NCBI GenBank assembly: GCA_050246315.1 | Contig: JBFWWG010000016.1 | Location: 18,193 to 82,192 of the forward strand | From: Nitrospiraceae bacterium | GTDB taxonomy: Bacteria > Nitrospirota > Nitrospiria > Nitrospirales > Nitrospiraceae | DNA: 64,000 bases | Reading direction: 5' to 3' | Shown: positions 37,736-47,801 of the stretch, piece after piece | Position numbering within the stretch: the first letter of the stretch is position 1 | Layout: each line of letters opens with the position of its first letter | Translations under genes and position numbers: made by a program | Notes under the pieces: generated by a model | What the model saw: the letters and a program-made list of their open reading frames with translations, nothing else | The model's database searches: none | Told to the model about the DNA's origin: nothing

Positions 37736-38455
37736 ATGTCAATGCGCTTTAACATTCGGATGGCGGGCGTCGGCGGGCAAGGCGTGGTAACCGCGTCGCA
37801 CATCTTGAGCACCGCGGTGATCAACGCCGGCGGTGAAAGCACCATCGTGCCGTTTTACGGATCGGAAAAGCGGATGGCGCCGGTTGAAAGCTACGTCCGG
37901 GTGTCGGACGAGCCGATCTATGAGATCGGCGAGATCACCTTTCCTCACATCATCATCATCTTCCATCCGCAGGTGATCACCCACGGGAAGTCTTATACGA
38001 TGCCGTTTTATTTTGGATTGAAGGAAGACGGCGTCGCCTTGATCAACAATGACGGTCCGATGAAATTGCACAAGGACCAGGCGCGCGAATTGGAAGAACG
38101 CCGCGCGAAGTTATATTACCTGCCGGCCACCAAGATCTCGCTGGAAGTGTCGGGGATGGACCTCGCGACCAACATGGCTTTGATGGGGGCCATTGGTTGC
38201 ATCACCGGGCTCACGACCATTGAGGCGCTGGAGCAGGCGGTGAAGGACCGGTTCCTCGGCAAGGGATTCGTGGTATCAGGCGGCACCGCGGCGCTGGATA
38301 GTGTCGTCGAGCGGAAGTTCAAGAAGAAGCAGGAACTCATCGAAAAGAATGTCGCGGTCATCAAGGCCGGCTGGGACTTTGCGGCACAGAATGGGTGGGA
38401 CGAGGTCAGCAAGGCCGCCAAGAAATCCGCACCCGCGACAGCAGGCAAGGCCTGA
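37736..38455 (+). CDS. forC: Oxidoreductase gamma subunit
   Basis: GVGGQGVVTA, YGSEKRMAPV, NMALMGA. Confidence 0.85.
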   Translation: MSMRFNIRMAGVGGQGVVTASHILSTAVINAGGESTIVPFYGSEKRMAPVESYVRVSDEPIYEIGEITFPHIIIIFHPQVITHGKSYTMPFYFGLKEDGVALINNDGPMKLHKDQARELEERRAKLYYLPATKISLEVSGMDLATNMALMGAIGCITGLTTIEALEQAVKDRFLGKGFVVSGGTAALDSVVERKFKKKQELIEKNVAVIKAGWDFAAQNGWDEVSKAAKKSAPATAGKA

Positions 38456-38472
38456 TCCAAGAGAGGTAAACG

Positions 38473-38796
38473 ATGTATCTTGTTGCCGATATCGACGTCA
38501 ATATTTGTGCTCAGAAGAGCTGCAAGCTCTGCACCCAATATTGCCCGGAAGCCAATACCATTCTCTATAGCGATGAGATGGGAAAGGATCAGGGGTACAA
38601 ATACGGGTCGGCCTATGTGGCGGTCGATCGCTGTAAGGGCTGTGCCCAGTGTGTGTGGGTCTGCGATAACATGGCAAAGAACAATGCCATCAAAATGATC
38701 ATGATCGATCAGCTCCCCCAGGCGGCGTTGACCGACAATATCACGTATGGCGAAAAGTCAACGACGGCGGTCTTGATCAACCCAACGGTCGGTTGA
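38473..38796 (+). CDS. forE: Oxidoreductase ferredoxin-like (epsilon) subunit
   Basis: CAQKSCKLCTQYCP and CKGCAQCVWVC [4Fe-4S] motifs. Confidence 0.82.
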   Translation: MYLVADIDVNICAQKSCKLCTQYCPEANTILYSDEMGKDQGYKYGSAYVAVDRCKGCAQCVWVCDNMAKNNAIKMIMIDQLPQAALTDNITYGEKSTTAVLINPTVG

Positions 38797-38815
38797 GACG
38801 AAGGAGACGACACGA

Positions 38816-39577
38816 GTGGCGACCCCAGCGCAGGAAAGAGAGAAAATCATCATTCCAGGCCCCGCGGGCTTTCATCCGCCCTCGGCTGCTCAGTTAGGCG
38901 TGGCGCTTCCGGACCCGGGGCATGGCCTCTGGTACGGAAATGACGAAGCGGAAGACAAGGTGATCGAGGAAATGGCTCGTGTCATGTTGACGAGTCCGAA
39001 TCCGACGCTCTTTCCAGGTCCCATGATCCTGTGGGCCTGGAACGACCATGCGATCGAGAAGGCGAAGGCCACGCTGGAGATCGCCGCGCAAATTCCCGAC
39101 GTCATGATCATTCCCATGCCCGACTACCGGCCGAAATATCCCAAGATCGATCACGAAGAGGTCATCAATCCGAATCATCCTAATCTGACCATCTGGGGGA
39201 ACCGGATCGAGGCCTGCATCTTCATCGGCGTGCATTGCCACTATGCCAACCTGACACTCAAGATGATTCGAGCGGGGACGAACTGTTGCACGATGGCGGT
39301 GTGTGCGGAGCAGGGGCACGAAGATGCGATGTTGACGATCCGTGATTCGGACACGGCCAAAATCAAGAAAGTCGCGCAGACCTTCAAGCGCGTCAGGGAG
39401 AGTATGGGCATCAAGTTGCCGGCCGATGGCCGAAACGTTCGGTTTACAGGGACGCAATCGCGGGTGCACGGCGGAAAGACTCACACCAACCCGGTCGATT
39501 TCGTTCCCTCCGCGGCAGGGCTCTCAAGCGCCGCTGCATTTGGTCACAAGCCGGAGCAAATGAAAAAAGAAGCCTGA
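38816..39577 (+). CDS. forD: Oxidoreductase delta subunit (five-subunit Hydrogenobacter/Nitrospira type)
   Basis: PMPDYRPKYPKID.E..INPNHPNLTIW; position within the operon. Confidence 0.8.
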   Translation: MATPAQEREKIIIPGPAGFHPPSAAQLGVALPDPGHGLWYGNDEAEDKVIEEMARVMLTSPNPTLFPGPMILWAWNDHAIEKAKATLEIAAQIPDVMIIPMPDYRPKYPKIDHEEVINPNHPNLTIWGNRIEACIFIGVHCHYANLTLKMIRAGTNCCTMAVCAEQGHEDAMLTIRDSDTAKIKKVAQTFKRVRESMGIKLPADGRNVRFTGTQSRVHGGKTHTNPVDFVPSAAGLSSAAAFGHKPEQMKKEA

Positions 39578-39622
39578 GGATGTGACTCCAGGCCGGACCG
39601 ATAAACCCGGAGAGGTGATGTT

Positions 39623-40975
39623 ATGAGCGAAGCGCTGGGCACCGAGGTAAAAACCAACCCGCAGGGCGATCCGATCACCAGCGTGGCGGCTCCAAAGCCG
39701 GCGGCCGACGTGAAGAAGGATCCGCATGCGGAGGCGAAGAAGCAGCGGGTGGTGACGCCCGAGCATCTATTCATGGAAGCGCCGCGGGTGCGGGAGTTCA
39801 TCACCGGCAGCGAGGCGGCCAAGGAGGCCGTTCGGCGCAGCAACGTCGATTTGGCCATCGCCTATCCCATCACGCCGCAGAGCGAAACGATGCAATTGGT
39901 CGGCGTGCTCTACGGTGAAGGCTACGTCAAGGAATACTATCGCGGCGAAGAGGAAGTCGGGGTGATGGCGGCGATTGCCGGCGGGTCACGAGCCGGAGTG
40001 CGCTGCTTTACCGCTACTGCGGGACCGGGAACGCTCCGTGGTTTGGAAGGCATTGTCTCATGGCCGGGCCACCGGTTGCCCGCGGTTGCGTTCTTTACCT
40101 GCCGCGTCGTGAATGCCCCCTTGGCGATTCAGCCGGACAACATCGAGATCGCATACCTCTTGAATTGCGGCATGGTCGTCTTCCATGCCGAAAATCAGCA
40201 GGACGTATTTGATTTTCTCATGAAGAGCTTTACTATCAGTGAGAAAAACGATGTGACTCTTCCCGTGGCGGTCTGCTGCGACGGATTCTTTGTGACCCAC
40301 GCCCGAGGCTATGTTTCCATGCAGGATCGGGGACTCAAACTCCCTCCCCGTGAAGCCTGGCGCGGGGCCGTGCCGGTCCTGGATGCAGAAAACCCGCCGG
40401 CCCGATTGTCACGAGACGCCCCGGTTCAGAAGTCGAACTTCATGGCCTACAACATCCATGCAGTCTGGCAACAGGAAGTCTGGGCTGCCGTGGAACGGTC
40501 GCGGAAGTATATTGATCAGTACATGGGCGGCCTATGTACGGCCGAGGGAGTCGAGGACGCGGACGCGATTCTGGTGGCGTCCGGCAGCGCTGCGGCGCAA
40601 TCGCGCGAAGCGATCCGTCTCTGTACGGAAAAAGGTCTCAAGGTTGGGCTCATCAAGATCCGATCCCTCCGGCCGTTCCCCACGATGGAACTCCGGAAGC
40701 TCTGTGCCAAAGCCAAGCTGATCGTGATCCCGGAGTTCAACTATGTGGGGTGGCTGGCCAAGGATGTCGCGGCGGCGATCTACGGTCACTCGAAGGCCAA
40801 GATCATTGCCGGTCCACACGTGTATGGTGGCCAATCCATGCCGGTCGAGCTGATTGTGGATGAAGTGGAGTCGGGTCTGACCGGGAAGAAGTCCACCAAT
40901 GTGCCGCTGTCTCAAGTCATGGGCAGTGCGGAGACGGATTCCTCCGCCATGGGCCACTTTATGCGCAGCATATAG
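39623..40975 (+). CDS. forA: Oxidoreductase alpha subunit
   Basis: AYPITPQSE, TATAGPG, DGFFVTH, LRPFP. Confidence 0.88.
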   Translation: MSEALGTEVKTNPQGDPITSVAAPKPAADVKKDPHAEAKKQRVVTPEHLFMEAPRVREFITGSEAAKEAVRRSNVDLAIAYPITPQSETMQLVGVLYGEGYVKEYYRGEEEVGVMAAIAGGSRAGVRCFTATAGPGTLRGLEGIVSWPGHRLPAVAFFTCRVVNAPLAIQPDNIEIAYLLNCGMVVFHAENQQDVFDFLMKSFTISEKNDVTLPVAVCCDGFFVTHARGYVSMQDRGLKLPPREAWRGAVPVLDAENPPARLSRDAPVQKSNFMAYNIHAVWQQEVWAAVERSRKYIDQYMGGLCTAEGVEDADAILVASGSAAAQSREAIRLCTEKGLKVGLIKIRSLRPFPTMELRKLCAKAKLIVIPEFNYVGWLAKDVAAAIYGHSKAKIIAGPHVYGGQSMPVELIVDEVESGLTGKKSTNVPLSQVMGSAETDSSAMGHFMRSI

Positions 40976-41019
40976 ATCGCCGATTCAACGAAACGGATAA
41001 ACAGCATCCCTGGCGAAGA

Positions 41020-41050
41020 AAAGCCCGCCCGGTGGCACCGGGCGGGCTTT
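41020..41050. terminator. Bidirectional intrinsic terminator
   Basis: AAAGCCCGCCCGGT-GGC-ACCGGGCGGGCTTT between convergent genes. Confidence 0.8.
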
Positions 41051-41126
41051 CGTGTTTGAGTTGGCAAGAAGATGAACGGTTACGCGTGAATCTCGTCCGA
41101 GGAAGAAGAATCGAGCACCGGCTTCG

Positions 41127-41375
41127 CTACCCCTGCACGTCGTCGCGGATCAGCTCCTCGCTTTCGGGCATCCCCGAGGCGATGAACTTGGCATAGGACA
41201 GGTAGATGATGCTGCTGTCCCGCATGGCTCGGGCCCCGTGCGTCATCCGTTCCAGATTGGTCGCATCGGCCCCTTCCGACGACTTTAGAGAATCCACGTA
41301 TTCGACGAGCAATTTGTTATAGCGCTCCATCGCCTGTTCCACATCTAGATAGGCCTGCATGATGGCGTCGGTCAT
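41127..41375 (-). CDS. Hypothetical helical protein
   Basis: 82-aa ORF, GGAG RBS, protein-like composition. Confidence 0.7.
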   Translation of the reverse strand: MTDAIMQAYLDVEQAMERYNKLLVEYVDSLKSSEGADATNLERMTHGARAMRDSSIIYLSYAKFIASGMPESEELIRDDVQG

Positions 41376-41450
41376 GATGTCGCTCCGCTACGTTCTGTGT
41401 CACCTTACACCAATGAAAAAATAGCCGTCAACATGTGGTGATGCCGAACC

Positions 41451-42647
41451 ATGACGCGGCCCCTTTCCACAGCCGTCCTCCATGCCGTCCAAAGGGTCCT
41501 CGACCAAGGGCCGGACCTGAATGACTCCGCCATGGCTGCGGGTGTGAAGGCATTGTCAGAAGGCTTTACGAAGGCACGGCGCCTTTGTGGGCGGCGGTAC
41601 CTTGATCAGCCGGATTTGCTCGCCGCGTATCTGACGTACTATTTGCCCGTCAATTTTGCAAAGGTGCAGTCCCTGCTGGATGAGGTTCCGGGCGATACCT
41701 TGACCGGACAGGCATCCGCTCCGCTGAGACTCTTGGATGTGGGGTCTGGTCCAGGTACGGCGTCACTGGCGCTGTTGGATTGGCTCGTCAAGCGGAATAC
41801 CGAGGGCGTCATAGTCTCAGCGGAGGCCTGTGATCATTCTCCCGCAGCTCTGGCGATAGCGAAGACCCTCTGGGATCTCTATGCTCATCGCCAAGGGATT
41901 CGATCTGCCCGGTTTATCGCGCGTGGGCTAAACCTGGAGCGGACGGCCGACTTACGCGTACTCTGCTCCAGCATAACAGAGCGGTTTCACCTGGTGTGCT
42001 TGGCGAATAGTCTCAATGAACTATTCAGCACCGCTCGGAATCCTGTCGAACGCCGCTGTCAGGTGGTCCTGCGTCTCCTGGATGTCGTCCGTCCGGATGG
42101 ATCGTTGATCATCCTGGAGCCGGCATTACGGGATCAAACCAGGGATCTGCACCGGTTGCGAGACCTCTTGTTACAGGAGCACGCGTGCACCATCTATAGT
42201 CCTTGTCTCCACGAAGGTGCCTGCCCGGCGCTCAACCACCCGGATAACTGGTGTCACGAAGAACGGACATGGTCGCCCCCGAACGAGATCACCCGGTTGG
42301 ACCGGCAGGTGGGGTTCATTAAAGACGCCCTGAAATTTTCCTACCTCATTCTCCGAAAAGACGGCAGGACCGTCGCGCCGCGCGCGCGCAATCTCCTCAG
42401 GATCGTCAGTGAGCGACGTGAGTTCAAGGGCGAGACGCGGCTCTGGACCTGTAGCGAGGCGGGCCGCCTGGAGGTGGGGCGCTTGGATCGCGAACGGTCG
42501 GAGGGCAATGCGGAGTTCGATCAGGCCGCGCGCGGAGCGATCATGCGATGGATCCAGTCCGACGCCAGAGCGCCCGAGCCAAGAGCCGGTCAGGTCAATC
42601 GTGTTCGGCCCGAGGACCTGATCACGATCGAGCGCTTGGGAGGGTAG
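41451..42647 (+). CDS. Rsm22-family SAM-dependent methyltransferase
   Basis: AYLTYYLP.N, LLDVGSGPGT, SPCLHEGACP...WCH, FSYL. Confidence 0.85.
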   Translation: MTRPLSTAVLHAVQRVLDQGPDLNDSAMAAGVKALSEGFTKARRLCGRRYLDQPDLLAAYLTYYLPVNFAKVQSLLDEVPGDTLTGQASAPLRLLDVGSGPGTASLALLDWLVKRNTEGVIVSAEACDHSPAALAIAKTLWDLYAHRQGIRSARFIARGLNLERTADLRVLCSSITERFHLVCLANSLNELFSTARNPVERRCQVVLRLLDVVRPDGSLIILEPALRDQTRDLHRLRDLLLQEHACTIYSPCLHEGACPALNHPDNWCHEERTWSPPNEITRLDRQVGFIKDALKFSYLILRKDGRTVAPRARNLLRIVSERREFKGETRLWTCSEAGRLEVGRLDRERSEGNAEFDQAARGAIMRWIQSDARAPEPRAGQVNRVRPEDLITIERLGG

Positions 42648-42660
42648 TGTCGTGTCCTGA

Positions 42661-42788
42661 GGTTCGTTCGTGGTGAGCCCTTCGACTGGCTCAGGACAGG
42701 CTTGTCGAACCCTGCGGTGAGCTCGGTCGAACCGCATGAACAGAGCTCCTCGAAATCTCGCGCCCTTCGACATGCTCAGGGCGAACGG
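42661..42788. repeat. REP-like palindromic repeat cluster (CTTCGAC..GCTCAG family)
   Basis: GTTCGTGGTGAGC, CCTTCGACTGGCTCAGG, GTCGAACC, CCCTTCGACATGCTCAGGGCGAACGG; a related copy lies at about 63807-63840. Confidence 0.7.
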
Positions 42789-42814
42789 ATGATTACCGGA
42801 ACTTACAAGCCACT

Positions 42815-42946
42815 AGGAACCGACGCCATAGGCCGAAGGAAGATCGAGAAGGCCAGCATTCGATTTCTGTCAACATGAAGTGGCGGATCTGCTTTCGGTC
42901 TATTGATGGCGATGCCTATGATGTCGAATTGACCGACTATCATTGA
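42815..42946 (+). pseudogene. HigB-family toxin C-terminal remnant
   Basis: NRRHRPKEDREGQHSISVNMKWRICFRSIDGDAYDVELTDYH*. Confidence 0.8.
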
Positions 42947-42959
42947 GACGAGGTGTGGT

Positions 42960-43274
42960 ACGAATTTTCCCAACAAGGGTTTGCGAAAGGTTCGCTCCAC
43001 TCATCCGGGAGAAGTGCTGCGCGAAGATTTTCTGCCGGACTACAAGCTGACCGTCTGAGGCTTTGCAAAGGCTATCTGGGTCTCACGCCAGACGGTCAAC
43101 GAAGTGCTTCGTGAGCGACGCGCTGTCAGTCCTGACATGGCGCTCCGGCTTTCTCGGTTATTCGGTAACACACCGAAGTTTTGGCTCAACGCTCAAAGAG
43201 CGGTCGATCTGTGGGAGGCAGCGAAGCAGGCCAAGAACAGAATCAATCGCATATCCCCTCTGACAGCCGCGTGA
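42960..43274 (+). pseudogene. HigA-family antitoxin with an ACG start and an in-frame TGA
   Basis: THPGEVLREDFLPDYKLTV*GFAKA..VSRQTVNE..RERRAVSPDMALRLSRLFGNTPKFWLNAQ; stop at 43056-43058. Confidence 0.85.
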
Positions 43275-43639
43275 AAGCGGTGAATGATCTGGGTGACGAA
43301 CGGCGCGCGTATCCGGTCGTGGCATCGTACCTTGCAATGGGAAGCATGCGCCTGCTCGTTCTGATGCCTCCTCCGGCACCCCTTCCACGGCGCTCTGAGG
43401 TGGAAGCCTTCTGGAATTTCTTGAGTGCGGTTGGCGACCGCACAATCTCTCAGTCAGTTCCAGCTTTCCTACTTCAGACGCCGGGTGGGGACCCCGCCGC
43501 CCGGCGCAAGGCATTGAACGAACGTCGAGTATAGCGTAGTGTTCACGACCATTGATGACGTGTTCCGCGGATAGTAATTGGCAGATCCGGTTCTTATGGG
43601 AGTCCGTCTACACATTGTTAGCGAGCAGGAGGACTCACC

Positions 43640-44098
43640 ATGGCGAGAAAAGTGCATCTGATCGCCGGCCTTCTTGCCACACTGACGATCGCGACATTCT
43701 TCCCCTCAACTGTCCTCGTCGAACTACTTGGGGAACACGAGGCGGTGGCAACAGTCAAGAGCCTGATAGTGCTGCCCGGTCTCTTTATTCTTGTTCCTAC
43801 TATCGCCGCGACAGGTGGCACCGGGTCCTATCTCTCAAAGTCCCGCCAAGGCCGGCTCGTAGATGCCAAGAAGAAACGAATCCCATTCATGGCGGTAAAT
43901 GGTCTACTGGTTCTTATCCCCTGCGCTATCGTTCTCAACCGCTGGGCGGCGGCAGCTCAATTCGACACAGCGTTTTACGTTGTGCAGGCTATCGAACTTC
44001 TGGCCGGAGCCGTCAACCTTACCCTCATGGGTTTGAATACCCGAGACGGCATGAAGATGAGTGGTCGGTTCCATGCCAATCCAGCAGCAGCTCGCTAA
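43640..44098 (+). CDS. Four-TM hypothetical membrane protein in a gene cassette
   Basis: AGGAGG RBS; bounded by GTTAGCG (43617-43623) and CGCTAAC (44093-44099). Confidence 0.8.
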   Translation: MARKVHLIAGLLATLTIATFFPSTVLVELLGEHEAVATVKSLIVLPGLFILVPTIAATGGTGSYLSKSRQGRLVDAKKKRIPFMAVNGLLVLIPCAIVLNRWAAAAQFDTAFYVVQAIELLAGAVNLTLMGLNTRDGMKMSGRFHANPAAAR

Positions 44099-44173
44099 CA
44101 AGTGCGTCGAGTCGGACTCGGTACGTCGGCGCTTCGCGCCGCATCCGCTCGCCGCTCACGCGCCCCGTTATCG
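44093..44173 (+). other. Integron attC site
   Basis: CGCTAAC-aagtgcgtcGAGTCGG...GGCGCTTCGCGCC...CCGCTCacgcgcccc-GTTATCG; the stop codon lies in the left core site. Confidence 0.8.
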
Positions 44174-44185
44174 GGCTCACCTTCG

Positions 44186-45007
44186 ATGGATAAAGAACCG
44201 TACCTAAGCGACGCGTACCCGCCGCAGGAGATAGCGCGGCAGGTTGAGCGCCTCGGCGTTGCGAAGGCGCACGCTGATACCCTCACATTGCTCGTCCTGG
44301 CAGTACTTGCTGGGGCGTTCATTTCGCTTGGGGCGCTCTTGTTCACCGTTGTGGTTACAGAATCCAACCTCGGCTTCGGCCCGACACGCATACTTGGCGG
44401 CGTGAGTTTCTGCCTCGGATTGATCCTTGTGGTGGTGGCCGGTGCCGAGTTGTTCACCGGGAACAACCTCATCGCGATGGCCTGGGCCAGCCGCCTGATC
44501 GGCACCGGAGAGGTCGTGCGGAACTGGCTTCTCGCCTACACTGGTAATGTGGTTGGCTGCTTGGGAACGGTTCTGCTTGTCCTGTGGGCAGATATTGCCA
44601 GTCTAGGCGATGGTGCCGTAGGTGAGATGGCGGTGCGCATCGCCAGTACCAAAGCGGATCTTCCCATAGCCCAGGCCTTCACGCGCGGCATCCTATGCAA
44701 TGCGCTCGTCTGCCTGGCCGTGTGGTTGGCGATAGGCGCGCGTACTGTGACCGACAAGATTCTGTCGATCCTCTTCCCCATTGCCGCCTTCGTGGCCATC
44801 GGCTTCGAGCACTCGATCGCGAACTGGTTCTTCCTGCCTTTCGGGCTCGCATTGGATGTGCACGGCGCGGTGTCGATCGCAGCGGTCGGCAAAAACATTG
44901 TCGTGGTGACCGCCGGCAATGTGGCTGGCGGTACCCTGCTGGTCGCCGGGGTGTACTGGGTCGCCTACTTGCGAGGTGAGCGCATGCGGAAGGATCGGTC
45001 GGCATGA
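44186..45007 (+). CDS. Formate/nitrite transporter (FNT, NirC/FocA family)
   Basis: LAGAFISLG, GAELFTGN, GILCNALVCLA, GFEHSIAN, GNVAGG. Confidence 0.93.
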   Translation: MDKEPYLSDAYPPQEIARQVERLGVAKAHADTLTLLVLAVLAGAFISLGALLFTVVVTESNLGFGPTRILGGVSFCLGLILVVVAGAELFTGNNLIAMAWASRLIGTGEVVRNWLLAYTGNVVGCLGTVLLVLWADIASLGDGAVGEMAVRIASTKADLPIAQAFTRGILCNALVCLAVWLAIGARTVTDKILSILFPIAAFVAIGFEHSIANWFFLPFGLALDVHGAVSIAAVGKNIVVVTAGNVAGGTLLVAGVYWVAYLRGERMRKDRSA

Positions 45008-45576
45008 GTCGCGAGCCAACCGTTCCACAGATCCTGCAGTCCGTCGGCCTGCCGGGTGACTTTCTCGAGCACCTCTTGCGTGAGTCTGACTGGTCCCTCG
45101 TGATCAAGCTACACGCTGTTTTCGAGTCAGTGCTTGCCAGCCTGATTGTGCAACGGCTCGCTACGCCACAAACTGCGGAGGTCGTTTCCCATCTGGAGTT
45201 CAACAACGCAAAGTCCGGAAAGGTCGCCTTCGCCCGCGCGCTTGGCCTGCTGGAGTCGCGAGACGTCGCGTTTCTCAGGGGTCTGTCGGAACTGCGCAAT
45301 CAGCTGGTCCATAGAATTGAGAACATCTCATTCACCTTCTCCCGCTGCGTCGCCGGCCACTCCGCGGCGGAGCGCAAGAAGTTCAAAAAGGAATTTGGCT
45401 TCGCCATACTCCAGGTCGAGGGCGGTACGCGTGAGTACGAGCAGTTGCTGAAGAACCGGCCGCGCACTATCGTTCACCTGGCGGCCTACGAGTGCCTGCT
45501 GAACATACAGTTCCGGGTTTCGGCGCAACGCAGGAACGCTCTCGTCGAGGCTCTCTTGCAACGGTCCAAGAAATGA
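45004..45576 (+). CDS. Hypothetical protein, MtlR/HEPN-like
   Basis: Helical; KV..ARALGLL...LSELRNQLVH (Rx4H motif). Confidence 0.65.
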   Translation: MSREPTVPQILQSVGLPGDFLEHLLRESDWSLVIKLHAVFESVLASLIVQRLATPQTAEVVSHLEFNNAKSGKVAFARALGLLESRDVAFLRGLSELRNQLVHRIENISFTFSRCVAGHSAAERKKFKKEFGFAILQVEGGTREYEQLLKNRPRTIVHLAAYECLLNIQFRVSAQRRNALVEALLQRSKK

Positions 45577-45577
45577 C

Positions 45578-45655
45578 GCCCAATCCGTCGTTGTCCCCGC
45601 CGTTCGCCAGCCGGCTTCGTCGTCTGGCGCCCGCGGGTGAACTCCAACATTACGA
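45578..45655 (+). other. Degenerate attC-like site
   Basis: GCCCAAT ... CGCCAG-CCGGCTTCGTCGT-CTGGCG ... GGTGAACTCCAAC-ATTACGA immediately after the stop codon. Confidence 0.55.
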
Positions 45656-46306
45656 AGAGGCAATATCTGAATAAAATGGATCAGTGGCAGGGACGATGCC
45701 TTGTTGTCGATAGGTTGACAAGCTGTTGAGCGAGTCCGCCAACCTACCCGGCCTGTACCTCGCGCGCCGAGCTGCGCTGCTTTTCCATGACAAGGTTGTA
45801 GTACGTGTAACGGCGTCAGGTCTATAAGCGACCCCTTGCGATTTCGTGCTTTAGGAGCAGCATGCGGGAGCGCGTTTCTTGATGAGGCGACAGATCCACA
45901 TGCGATGTGTCGCCGATGGCTCTCTTTAAAGCAGCACTGAGCGGTTCTGCATCGCGAATCGTGAGGCGAGGTAACCGCGCCCGGGTCTTGATTCCTGTCA
46001 TAGGATGGTAGGCCTTGGTGGTGACATGCGAGAGGTCGCAGGAGAGCTGCTGCGGTCGCGTAGCGGACGGCGAGCGCTGTTCGAAGTTCCATTTGACGGA
46101 GTGGCGAATGGAACAAGTTGCGCAGCCGAGCAGCGACGAGTCCTGCGGGCTTACCTCTCGCCGAAGTCCCTCAAGGCGTACCATCCTGTTCCTGCTGCGG
46201 TCGAATCGGAGCTTCGAGTAGAGCGGGGCTGTCAGCGCGCTGCAAGCGATCCGTTATGACGTTGAGGATTGACGATTGGCGTTTGTCGAGTAACGCTGGA
46301 GGGTCT

Positions 46307-46504
46307 TCAGTCCGCCTCCGGTTCCGTTCCGCCGTGTTGATGCGTGACCCGGTCTTCGTCGAACAGGTCCTGCATCTCCTCAGCCATGAGCTCTGCATCA
46401 TCGGGAACGGACACCATCGGCAACGATTTCTTCGGCTTGGGTTGATCTTCCGATGAAGGCAGCGAAGGGGGGGAAGGTGGGGGTGGTGGTTTGTGTTCAG
46501 TCAT
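46307..46504 (-). CDS. Small hypothetical protein
   Basis: 65-aa Pro-rich/acidic ORF co-oriented with its upstream neighbour. Confidence 0.5.
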   Translation of the reverse strand: MTEHKPPPPPSPPSLPSSEDQPKPKKSLPMVSVPDDAELMAEEMQDLFDEDRVTHQHGGTEPEAD

Positions 46505-46528
46505 CGTTGTCCCGTCCAGGCTCAGCGG

Positions 46529-46888
46529 TTATTCAAAGGCCTCGAACGAACTTCGCTCAGGGAACGAATGTTTGCAGGTCTTGCACGTCACGAAATAATA
46601 GGCCTCGCGGACGGACAGGGTAGCCCGGAAGTCGAGATCGACCCCCCGCGCGGCGCACTTCGGGCAAGGCACGGTGCGAAGAAACAGAGGCAGATCCGGC
46701 TGCGCACGCTGATAAAATTCCATATCGGCATGGACAGGAAAGCTGTAACGGCACTTCATGCACATGCCCTTCCATTCTCCGTCGGCATGGAGGTTGCGGC
46801 GGTCGATGGCGAATGTATTGGCTTTACAGATGGCACAGCGAACCGATGAAAGCCGAGCCTCAACCGTTTCGACCGCCGGGAGCGTCAT
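46529..46888 (-). CDS. Hypothetical double zinc-ribbon protein
   Basis: Four CxxC pairs (CAIC, CMKC, CPKC, CKTC). Confidence 0.75.
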   Translation of the reverse strand: MTLPAVETVEARLSSVRCAICKANTFAIDRRNLHADGEWKGMCMKCRYSFPVHADMEFYQRAQPDLPLFLRTVPCPKCAARGVDLDFRATLSVREAYYFVTCKTCKHSFPERSSFEAFE

Positions 46889-47102
46889 GGGCATCTCACG
46901 TTCAGACGTATGGATCATCCGATGTCGGACAGTATACCGGGTGAGTCGAAAGGTTCACAAGGGTGGTGCCTGAGCTCCTCAAGCCATCCATGGGAGCGCC
47001 TGGAGGCGAGTCCGAGCGCATAGAGACTTGGGTTGTTCCTGAACGGTGCATCGGCTCAGAGTTTTTTCTTGACCATCGCCCATCTCTCTCTATACTGACG
47101 AT

Positions 47103-47588
47103 ATGCACATGATCTCGAAACAACTGTTGGTCGGAAGCATCGAGGCAGCGCGGGAGATCCATCCTGCGATCGGCGCCCTCCTCCTTGTGGCGCAAGAATA
47201 TGATGTGACCCCGCCATCGTGGGTGGACTATGCCAAGATACCTCTCAAGGAGTTCGCGGCCGCCGACCCGCAACAGGTCCGGGAAGCGGTCGAGTGGATT
47301 GAGCGAAAGATCGGCAGCAACCGGGTGCTGGTGTGTTGCCGGGCGGGCATGGGACGCTCGGCCTCAATCATCATCGCGTATCTTTGTTGTGCCGCGGGGA
47401 TGAGTTACGCCGAGGCTCTCAAACTGGTGAGTGCCAGAAGGCCGGGTGCGCTCCCCTTGCCGTCATTGGAGGAAACCATCGCGCTCGTCAAGCAATTGCG
47501 GATGGAGCAGGCGGCTCTGGCCCACGAAGCGAACTCCCCGGATAGGCCCGGCGGCAGGCCCATCCGAAAGCACAAGAAGATCGCCTGA
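47103..47588 (+). CDS. Dual-specificity/PTP-family protein phosphatase
   Basis: VLVCCRAGMGRS (CX5R) motif. Confidence 0.85.
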   Translation: MHMISKQLLVGSIEAAREIHPAIGALLLVAQEYDVTPPSWVDYAKIPLKEFAAADPQQVREAVEWIERKIGSNRVLVCCRAGMGRSASIIIAYLCCAAGMSYAEALKLVSARRPGALPLPSLEETIALVKQLRMEQAALAHEANSPDRPGGRPIRKHKKIA

Positions 47589-47801
47589 CGGCTCCTTCCC
47601 TCATCCCGTCACTCTCTATCGCTAATCCACTCAGTTTCCTCATCCTGGCCGTTCAAGCCTTCTGATAGGCTCGCCGGTCGGCTCCGTCCAGGGGCGAGGC
47701 CGACATCCTTCCGAACGTCGATTCGTCCCCCTTTCCTCAAACCTGTCGGATCGACTAAGGTGATGGGGTCCATTGGTTCGAGCTGAGGGGTGTCTTCTCC
47801 C

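Noticed and set aside
20083..43274. In-frame TGA/TAG codons as selenocysteine or alternative genetic code
   Set aside because: They occur only in accessory TA/IS remnants at non-Cys positions, alongside other lesions; core genes use TGA as a normal stop.
45660..46300. Integron integrase remnant beside the attC array
   Set aside because: No tyrosine-recombinase motifs (for example HxLRHSFATHLL) in the listed ORFs.
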